Shown here: positions 9,401-17,200 of the stretch, one piece after another | Layout of the letters: each line of letters opens with the position of its first letter | Position numbering within the stretch: position 1 is the stretch's first letter | NCBI GenBank assembly: GCA_046153645.1 | Contig: JBJXGI010000009.1 | Span: 1-39,951, forward strand | Source: Elusimicrobiota bacterium | Lineage (GTDB): Bacteria > Elusimicrobiota > Elusimicrobia > F11 | Direction of reading: 5' to 3' | Length of the DNA stretch: 39,951 bases | Position numbers and translations under genes: made by a program | Notes under the pieces: model-generated | What the model saw: only the letters and a program-made list of their open reading frames with translations | What the model was told of the DNA's origin: nothing | Databases searched by the model: none

Positions 9401-12400
9401 GACTCAAGGCCTGGATTTAAAAATGCGCTTAGGAAACACTCCTCTTGAGCCGGAAACCGTTTTTGAAATTATTGTTCCTTATAAAAATAACACCGATCCC
9501 GCGAGTCCCTCTGAGCATCCTGGCGCCATCAACGACAGCTTCAACCGCTTTGTGATGCGGGTGGCGAATTTTTTTGGAGTAAGCACTAGCGGTCAATGGG
9601 CGGTAGTTGGTTTTTTTGAAGGGGCCTTTCGGCAAATGGGGTTTTATGTTTTGTTTCCAAGTATCTTTTTGGGAGTTTTTAAATTTTTGAATTTAAGTGG
9701 TCATTGGGCAATGGCACCACCCCTTATTGTTGGACTTTTCTTGTTTCTTTATACCGCTTTCTTTCTTGTTTTTTCTATCCGCTATTTCTATAAACAGCAT
9801 CTCAATAAAGGTGTCATTACTTTAACAGGCCCTGTCATTAATAATCCAAAAATGGCTCACCTATCCACGTGGACGGCCGCTTGGGGGTATATGGGGCTTC
9901 TCTTGGCCATTCCCGGATTTTTAATCGTCTTTTTTTCTTCAGATTTAGTAGGCATTATCATCGGGTGGTTATTTATTGGCATGGGTGTAATTATTGGCGG
10001 CTTTATGCATGGGAGAAAGAATTTTCATCTCTCAAAATTATCTGATAAAACAGAAATCCTAAAAATACCTCGAATCTCTTTTTACCGCGCTCTTAGTCAT
10101 TCATTTTTTGGGGATGATTTAAATAAATATCCTTTGACCGCTTCTGATCATCCAATTTTATTTTATCTAAGTTACTTCCCTCTTCTTTTTTCAATTACAA
10201 CAATCGGGTTTATGCTTTTTTTGTCTGCTGTTTTTGATGCGCCAAATTTCTTGTGGTTTATTAGCATTCTCTTGATTGGACCAGCTTTTACTTTTTCTGA
10301 ACTTTTAGCTGAAGGTCATGTCCCTTATATGGATGTATCTTTCTTGGTTTCTCGAACAGCGCGTCGCGCGATAAAAGAAAACAAGACAGGCATAGATCCA
10401 GACATCCAAACCATTTCAGATAATTTTGAACGTAAGACCGGTTGGAAAATCATCTGGCAAGAAAATGATTATATTCTTGCTGAGCTTGACTTGGACCAGA
10501 AAGAAATAAAAATGACACTGGGTTGGAAGGTTCCTCTCCAAAATAAAAAAGATATTGATAGTCGAAAAAGAATGTTCTTTGCCGTGCTCGAATCCGCAAA
10601 AAAATCAATAAAAAATGGTACCGGTTCTCAAGTGGACACCTTTAATCAACAAAATCCTCACACGCCTGGTGCCATCGCAAGCCCTCAGAATAAAATACTG
10701 GCCGCAGAAAAAGGGTTGGGTGCTGTTGGATGGAGAGAGCATCGAATCGGAATAGTTTCATATGTCTTCTTCGTTTTGGCCTATATGGGTGTTTACGCGT
10801 TGTTGGTAAGCCTTGGTTATCTCCCGGCAGCGCCGCCAGAAATGAGAGGCATCTTTTTTCTTTCGCTTCTTCAATCAACCGTTATTTTTTCAGTTATTTC
10901 CTTCTTAACTCTCCTTTACAAACATCACACTTATGGCGTCCTTCAAAAAGATCTAACGATAACAAGAAATTATTTTTCTGGAACGTGGGTGGCCTGGTCA
11001 GGTTTAATGATCAGCATCAGTATTATTTTTAGTGCTCTAAGTTTGACCCTGTTTAATCCAAACCTAATAAACGTTCTTACAACTATAGCTCTCAGTGTGG
11101 GGGGATATCTTCTTGGAGGATGGAACCATAGCACCATGAATTTAAGAGATACTGCCACTGTTAAAAACGAATTATTAAACGAAGTTGATCCAGCCACAGG
11201 TGCTATTTTGGAGACAACTTATCCACGTAGTCATATTCATGCGCACGGCATTTGGCATCAAACAGCGCATGTTCTCTTGCGAAGTCGAGATGGTCGTATT
11301 TTAATTCACGAGAGAAAAGACAATAGAAAAATAGAAATGAGCGCTTCAGGGCACATTGAAACAAATCATAGTCCGATATTTACTGCTCTTAAAGAATTGG
11401 AAGAAGAGCTTCAATTGATTCGATTGGGGATAAAAATTACTGCGGACCATTTAAAACCAATTTCATCGCCGTGGAATGAAGCTTTTTTTAGAAAGTCAAC
11501 ACAGGCTGAGATGGAAACCTCAGGTTATGGTGAAGATCGCATTTACCGATCAAAGTCAAAAGATAAATTTAATAATGAAATTAGTTATTTGTTTTCTGTC
11601 ACTATTGAAGATAGTCAAATGGATAAACTATTAGCTAAATTTAAACCCAATGAGGAAGTAAAAACCGTTAAAGCTGTAACAGTCGACACTTTGGTTTCTG
11701 ATATAGAAAAAAATCGATCAAATTACGCCAGTACTCTTCCACAATACTTTGAGGATCCTTTTGTTCGAACTCACGTGGTTAAAGAAATTGAAGACACTTC
11801 AATACTCGTTTCACTTGGCTCTTCGCTAAAAAAGAAAGTTGCTTTTATGGCCGCCTCCACCTTGATTTCAATGGCACTTTATGTTTTGTTTACTGTTATC
11901 ATTTCTCAAATAAATTTAAATTTTAAAGTCGCATACCCTATTGCTCTTTTTTGGGTCATAATTATTCTTCAGTTTGTGGGAAGCTTATGGGCCACTGTTC
12001 TTGCTTTTGGTTGGAAATGGGCCCTCACAAAAGAGTCGAAAGATAAACTATCTCTTTCAGAAATACGACAAGAAATTTTTGCCCGTTCTCTTCTTGCACC
12101 TCATTTTGCTGTTATGGCTGGGTTTTTATTATACGGTTGGCTTTTACCACTGATTAATTGGGGAAATTTTGATATGTACAAAGGACTCATTCTTCAAATT
12201 GCCATTTGCCCGTGGTTATTTGACGCAAATGCCTTTGTGTTGATTCGCCGATTTGCCAAACGCGTTATGGGGTTTACTCAGAATTATTTGGACGCAAAAA
12301 AAGAATTGCGTGGACTGGTGGTATTGGCTCTTTATTTCTTTATTCCAGGTCATATGATTGCAACTCAATTGGACCCTGTGTGGGCTGTGGCGACACTCAG

Positions 12401-13454
12401 ACTAATTGATTTTTTATTTGTTATTGCCTTCGTCATCCATTTTGACAAGAAATGGAATGAACGGATTCGCACCGGTTATGCTCAATTTCGTGACCGCTTG
12501 GAGAAGTCTTCATATTTTTCTTTGCAAGTGTTGGGATTAACGTTCTTAGTATTTGATCTGGCCGCTTGGCTGGCCAATCGGATTGCGGATTTTTGGACGT
12601 GGGTTTTATTTAAGCACTATGAAAAAAAATGGATCCGTAACACGCATTTCTTTTTAACAATCATTGTTCCTATTGCCCTTGTCAGTTATCGCATTGTTGA
12701 CATTGCGCCGGCGAGTGGTCCTTTCATTGCGCTGGTTTTTATATTGCTTGAAGCGTTCATGATCTATCGTCTCATTTGGGGGAAAGATGATGATAGTGCG
12801 ACGCCTGTTACTTTAAATGACATTCTTCCTCTTCCCACAAAACATGGGCTTGATCAGGTTTTAGGGGCAACGTTAGAAGGAATTCATGAGAAAACAACAA
12901 TTCCACAAGCTGAACTAAAAGGTGTCCAAATCAGTGGAAGTGAAAACCTGGAATTACTGTTGGTGCCTGTATTCGATTGGCTTCAAGCGGATACTTCTGA
13001 AACAAGGCAGGCTGAATTTTATATTACCAACTGGAATGAGAGAGAAGAAATTGCGCGGTCAATTCAGACTCTCGCAAATAATAAAAACATTTCGTTAGCA
13101 GCACTTCAAAATAAATTGACATTTCAATTTCATGATCCTTCTTTTGGCGCTACTTATTCCATTCCAACTGCGCTCAGTCTGGCTTTTGATACAAATGTTC
13201 CTATCACTCAGGAAAATTTTGGATTACCAAATAAAAAACTAACCGCTCTATCAACCCGAGTTACTTGGATTCTTACCACAAAAAATGGATGGGACCCTCT
13301 CATCGATTTTTTTGTCCATCTTGGTTCGATTAAAATACCCGTGAGTGAAGTGGTCCCCTATCTTGTCGATTTAACTCGAAAAGAAGCCGAACTTATTGAT
13401 CTTAAAATGAAGCGAGAGATCAAAACTCTATTTGAAGCCCAACGTGCAGCATAA
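6483..13454 (+). CDS. giant modular membrane/exported protein 1 (2323 aa): conserved N-domain, HATPase_c-like, Nudix (IDI/YfcD-like), several TM modules
   Basis: Signal peptide ending AFA, then IWDERR; HIQDVH/ALEGA/GIDD/RDQAMA/GGFH; HATPase motifs EMIDNS and GIGM...TVFEI (~8850-9480); Nudix HGIWHQTAHV...SGHIE...ALKELEEEL (~11170-11790). Confidence 0.9.
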   Translation: MKSCIFFRFLSVWLSAIYFATNCAFAHKPETNIWDERRQVQLAQAPIGSLKNSPHVFNQLPPIGTSLSKKITALVPQKMNQSLHPIFQSLSSTYGSVRKISVPHNAKPGKILIHIQDVHMNKEAQVNIAQGIQELINKGQVDLIALEGAFNNIDLSAFRSFPDKEIVRNVADYLLRSNQISGPIYMVLTSDKNIPSIIGIDDENHYNANVAAYVASKPMLTSVKERLSNSRNKLTEEKYKNFNADLSQFDNEVDAYRQGTISMGGYLGILKNQMTPLSVELTQFLDAFTLESSLDLKRVERERASLLNILLVRLKKNETADLVNASLAFRTGHLSQGNFYSYLQELCANKGVSLASFPALRAYLRYVLLSENIDVEHLFSKVNKAEVAAYARLTKTQEEKALVLESQKLYLTEKLVDFSLTKDEWNDYKKKCAGTLDLTSFEKFYIEAEARDQAMAQNLIREMGRLKAQVSILVTGGFHSTGITHLTEQAGITTIEFVPKITKVDTAKGSSYLSVFMQEKTPLEKLFEGKKLFLSQKVWTGPTRYLAGVLVMLRTFWLRLGDLKGQSEMKEQLAVLTGQPVDNCSFSIQDGDAKMDNQTVQITVRQNKNEIISVSQKPSFFWVPFREFQDTFAIALKKIDPLKFVMNHPQSQDINVTLKRLLGLKVMGTLTWMGLAISPIIVGMAVLLGAGSWAMIFFILFRIKNIDMRIAHVISHWIQMALFPEARLSEGNNKEIKAVVRVQKTKELIWDPELIKKSFEKQWEHFPPEDMRVSKMEPGYAAVARDLITQLSQEEVFDLTEKKFAVIGLSLAEMIDNSFQANGNSYVGVRVIGIHEEGHFRIYVQNPQVIDLKILLNSDRLNELLAFLKIAHTAVTTKNKNFVENEKNFQFKESVLTWLDEGAIQNSIKLISEILENKQLSAEEELSLAFDFITGYMTTGHVNKLKNYYIADRPIESGTTMGIGMWYARERLGTQGLDLKMRLGNTPLEPETVFEIIVPYKNNTDPASPSEHPGAINDSFNRFVMRVANFFGVSTSGQWAVVGFFEGAFRQMGFYVLFPSIFLGVFKFLNLSGHWAMAPPLIVGLFLFLYTAFFLVFSIRYFYKQHLNKGVITLTGPVINNPKMAHLSTWTAAWGYMGLLLAIPGFLIVFFSSDLVGIIIGWLFIGMGVIIGGFMHGRKNFHLSKLSDKTEILKIPRISFYRALSHSFFGDDLNKYPLTASDHPILFYLSYFPLLFSITTIGFMLFLSAVFDAPNFLWFISILLIGPAFTFSELLAEGHVPYMDVSFLVSRTARRAIKENKTGIDPDIQTISDNFERKTGWKIIWQENDYILAELDLDQKEIKMTLGWKVPLQNKKDIDSRKRMFFAVLESAKKSIKNGTGSQVDTFNQQNPHTPGAIASPQNKILAAEKGLGAVGWREHRIGIVSYVFFVLAYMGVYALLVSLGYLPAAPPEMRGIFFLSLLQSTVIFSVISFLTLLYKHHTYGVLQKDLTITRNYFSGTWVAWSGLMISISIIFSALSLTLFNPNLINVLTTIALSVGGYLLGGWNHSTMNLRDTATVKNELLNEVDPATGAILETTYPRSHIHAHGIWHQTAHVLLRSRDGRILIHERKDNRKIEMSASGHIETNHSPIFTALKELEEELQLIRLGIKITADHLKPISSPWNEAFFRKSTQAEMETSGYGEDRIYRSKSKDKFNNEISYLFSVTIEDSQMDKLLAKFKPNEEVKTVKAVTVDTLVSDIEKNRSNYASTLPQYFEDPFVRTHVVKEIEDTSILVSLGSSLKKKVAFMAASTLISMALYVLFTVIISQINLNFKVAYPIALFWVIIILQFVGSLWATVLAFGWKWALTKESKDKLSLSEIRQEIFARSLLAPHFAVMAGFLLYGWLLPLINWGNFDMYKGLILQIAICPWLFDANAFVLIRRFAKRVMGFTQNYLDAKKELRGLVVLALYFFIPGHMIATQLDPVWAVATLRLIDFLFVIAFVIHFDKKWNERIRTGYAQFRDRLEKSSYFSLQVLGLTFLVFDLAAWLANRIADFWTWVLFKHYEKKWIRNTHFFLTIIVPIALVSYRIVDIAPASGPFIALVFILLEAFMIYRLIWGKDDDSATPVTLNDILPLPTKHGLDQVLGATLEGIHEKTTIPQAELKGVQISGSENLELLLVPVFDWLQADTSETRQAEFYITNWNEREEIARSIQTLANNKNISLAALQNKLTFQFHDPSFGATYSIPTALSLAFDTNVPITQENFGLPNKKLTALSTRVTWILTTKNGWDPLIDFFVHLGSIKIPVSEVVPYLVDLTRKEAELIDLKMKREIKTLFEAQRAA
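10662..11141 (+). repeat. TM cassette shared with giant gene 2 (copy 1)
   Basis: TPGAIASPQN...KGLGAVGWREH...LLYKHH...SGTWVAWS...GGWNH; aligns by eye at protein and DNA level with 18936-19415. Confidence 0.9.
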
Positions 13455-13498
13455 ACCGGCCTGAATTAATAATTCACCTCGTTAATATAGCGCGATTT
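13209..13498 (+). repeat. 290-bp direct repeat, copy 1 (3' end of giant gene 1 plus trailer)
   Basis: Matches 20209-20498 at an offset of exactly 7000; I count 14 mismatches over the first 279 bp. Confidence 0.95.
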
Positions 13499-13625
13499 GG
13501 GATTGTTGCAAAAGTAAGCCTCCTCATTCGTCATTCCGACTCTTCCGTTAAATACAGTGGTCGATGAGGAAGAGGTAAGCCGGAATCCTGCAGCGTTAAA
13601 TGCGGAGGCTTTATTCGATAAACCC
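13499..13625. mobile_element. palindromic MITE/REP-like element or IS end
   Basis: Nested stems: AAGCCTCCTCATT (13516-13528) with AATGCGGAGGCTT (13599-13611), ATTCCG with CGGAAT, CTCTTCC with GGAAGAG; imperfect outer ends GGGATTGTTGCAAAA and TTATTCGATAAACCC. Confidence 0.6.
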
Positions 13626-13665
13626 ACCGTTATTTTCCGTCAAGGAACGATTTTATTTTTGTCCC

Positions 13666-14083
13666 ATGAGACTCAGCAGAAAACTCATTGACACCGCAAT
13701 ACACCAACGACAACTTAGAAGGGCCCAGATGCATTCTTCTATTACGATTTGGAAACGATTGTTCCGCTCGATCACGTCTTGCGACAACACAAAGAAAGCT
13801 TTCTGGTGAAAGAATCAGCAGAAGAACCGGAACACTGGAAGAAAAGCTTGGAGCAGGAAGAGCAATTGTGCTACAACTTTGATATAGGTTGTTCTGCGAT
13901 TTCATCTTGGAATCGCAAAAGTCGGACCACACGTTTTTCTATCGAACGAGGAAAAACATGAGTGATGAGAATATTCCGGTGATGTTCAATAAGATCGTAG
14001 AAGACGCAAAGCTGTGCAGGATCTTCAAACCGCTCGAGACGTTTGTGGATGCGAGCGTGGTCAGTAGAAAAGAAGCAGAGTGA
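13666..14083 (+). pseudogene. decayed IS1182/IS5-type transposase fragment
   Basis: Frameshifted pieces YDLETIVPLDHVLRQ, LEEKL, and YRLFCDFILESQKSDHTFFYRTRKNM...MFNKIV...FVDASVV resemble the N-terminal, PDHS and first-catalytic-Asp regions of these transposases; internal stop, truncated. Confidence 0.7.
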
Positions 14084-14234
14084 GCGAAGCGGGAAGAAAG
14101 ATCGTCAACTCAACGCAGAGGCCGGAACAATAAAGAGTTGAGTCACGAATAATTAATCTGAACTGAAAACACCGCTCGAATTCAACTTCATCAAAAATTA
14201 AGGCAAGTTTCTTAGCTTTTTCACATTATTCCTT

Positions 14235-14240
14235 TATAAT
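14235..14240 (+). promoter_or_regulatory. -10 box TATAAT 6 nt before the ATG of giant gene 2; probable leaderless promoter
   Basis: Perfect TATAAT at 14235-14240; ATG at 14247. Confidence 0.55.
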
Positions 14241-14246
14241 TGAGTA

Positions 14247-17200
14247 ATGAGAAGAGTAATATCAGTGCCATTAATCGCATTCATTTATTCTTTCACGCAA
14301 GTTCTTTTTCCTCATATTGCGGAGTCTTCTTTATGGGATGAGAGAAAGCAAGCATCAGCACGCATCAAAAACCAACAAATGGCTTTTCAGTCTTACTTCT
14401 CACCCGCCTTGATGCCGAAATTAAACGCTATTTTGCCCACACCGATCGAAGCGTATATTTCACCAATTCAAAAAAAATTAACCCCTTCGATACAAAGAAT
14501 TTTTTCAAAAATAGATACTCGCGTTTGCCGCATTTCAAAAACAACTTTTCCACCCACTTCTCGGCTTTTTCGAGGAGTGGTGATTCATATCCAAGATGTC
14601 CATCAAAATGAAGAAGCGCAAAAAAACATTGCCTCGGTTCTCACACCGCTGATGAATGAATCAGTTATTAATACACTGGCACTGGAAGGAGCATTTAACA
14701 AGCATGATTTTTTAGTTCTTCGCCGTTTCCCACAGCGTGAAGCGATTCAAAATGCGGCAGATTTCCTCCTTCATGAAGGGTTCATTTCTGGGCCCGTGCG
14801 TGCTTATTGGAACCTTGATCCCTCTTCAAATGTCAACTATGCTGGTATTGACGATAAAGAGCTTCATTCAAAAAACGTTCAGGCCTATCTGGATTCCTGC
14901 AATATAAAAGAAAGTATCGTTAAAAAACTATCCGTGATTCACAATTCTTTGATTCAAAAAAAATCAAAAGTATTTTCAATAGATTTCTTAAAGGCAGACA
15001 GTGTCATTGAAAATTTTCATATTGGAAAAACATCTCTATTTGAAGTGGTTAACCTTTTTCATTCGCTAGGAATTACATTAACAAGTAACCTTAAAAAATT
15101 CTACGAGGCTTCAATCATAGAAAAAAATCTCAACTGGAACCGAGTTGAACAAGAAAGATCTTTGGTGTTAGAAAAGATCGCTTCACGGCTTTCACTGGAT
15201 GATATGAATCAATTAAGGATAGGAAGCCTGGCTCTTCAAGAAGGACAAATAACGCATAGGCATTTTTATGAACTCTTCTCAAATATTTGCCTAAAAAAAG
15301 GTTACCCACTTACTCAATACCCTGCATTAGAAACTTATGTGAAATATATCACATTGGCAGAATCAATCAATGCTTCAGACCTTTTTTTAGAAGCTCAAAA
15401 AGAAGAAAAATTTTTTTATGAAAAGTACGCCCAAACTCCTGAAGAAGAAACACTGATTAAGCAATCTCAAGAAGAAAGGTGGCTTAAAAAACTAGTTCAA
15501 TTTGAACTAACACGTTCAGAGTGGGAGAGACAAGAAAAAAGCTTATCTTTACCATTAACAAGAGAAGAAATTTTTCCATTTCTTTCTTTTTATGAATCAG
15601 CCCTCAAACGGGATCTTGCCATGGGTGAAAATGTAAATAAATTAGCCACCAGTGAGAAAGAATCCATTATTGCACTTGTTACCGGAGGTTTTCACACCGA
15701 TGGATTAACATCGCATCTTACCTCTGATGGCTGGGTGGTCATTACACTCACGCCTAAACTAACCAAAATTGGATCCACAGAAGCTTCTTCATATTTATCT
15801 GTTTTTGCAAGCGAACATACGCCACTTGAAAAACTTTACCGCGGAGAAAAACTTTTTTTATCAGGTGACCCCAAGGCCGGAGAAGCGTTTATGCCTACAT
15901 TGGTCACAGGTTATATGTTTTCAACTGGCGCCAGAGGAAGCGCTCCTACAGACACATTTAATAATTTAGAACCAACTGTTAAAGCTGAAAGTGTCTCTGT
16001 TAAACCTACTAATGATGGAATAGAAGTTAAATTAGATTTTGATGAAACAGAAATTCAAGCTTCAATAACACATGATCAAAATAAAAAAATTACAGGGTTT
16101 AAACAAAAATATTTTCATAAGGTGTTAACCTGGTCAGCTCTTGAAACTCTTTTTCAGGTGGGTGTCATTCATTTAATTGGGGGTTTCTTGGGATGGATAA
16201 TCGCTGTCCCCGTCTTTGTGGTTCTTCATTACAGAAAGCCCTTACTACACTGGGTTAAAACTGGTATTCCACCTACTTTATCTTTTTCTAGCGGAGCCGA
16301 GCTTTTAATCCGTTTTCTCCTCGCCTTTGGATTTGCGGAATTAATTTTAATGTCGCATTCCAATGGGTATTTATATGCCTTCACTGCGCATGTGGTTTGG
16401 AATTTCTTATCAATCACTTTTTTTGATGAGTGGGCACTAATGACGCTTCCCCAAAAGAATGCTTTAGAAAAACTTAAGAAAGCCAAAGAAAAACTAAAAA
16501 ATACTCCCTCTCAAAAAAATGCTTTAAATGTTGTTGCTGCAATGGAGGGCATCTCACCCGGCGATGATATAGATGAAGCGGTTATTGAATTAACTGAATT
16601 TGCATTAGAGTTTGATGCGGATATAGCAGACTTAAACTGGAAAATTGTGGAACAAATTTTTAATCACGGACTTAAGGACAATGATAAGTCAGCGAAATCG
16701 GATCTCATGGAAATTATCAATAAATCTCAATCAGTATTATCAGTTAAAGAAGAGCCAGATCTTCACAGAATTACAATTAACACATTAAAGTTTTTATCTC
16801 AAGAAGAGGAATCAGAATGGAAGAGAGATTTGTGCGTTGCTCTGCTGCGCAGAGTTATATTCTCTATCGTATTTAGTATTGATATTAAAGATAACGTTAA
16901 TGCTTGGTTTCAAGAAGAAAATGAAATTCCGAAGGGAGCTGAGTCCTCACTCGCTGATGTGATTGCTTATAACGCTCGAGAAATGAATACAGCTTTTTTA
17001 AGTGACCCTTTAAATAAAAAAATATTGAATCAGTGGTTTTCTCTTGTAGTCATGCATGGCAATTTTGAAAATGCTCAAACAATGAAATTTTTGAGTGCCA
17101 TTGATGTTCCTTTAAAACTTTCCCAAAAGGTCAAAGATGCTCTTGCTCTTGAGCTCGAAAATGGAGTGTCTGAGACAAGAGTTAAATTATATATACGTTT

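Noticed and set aside
13600..14083. Small ORFs after giant 1 as immunity genes
   Set aside because: They are out-of-frame pieces of one decayed transposase.
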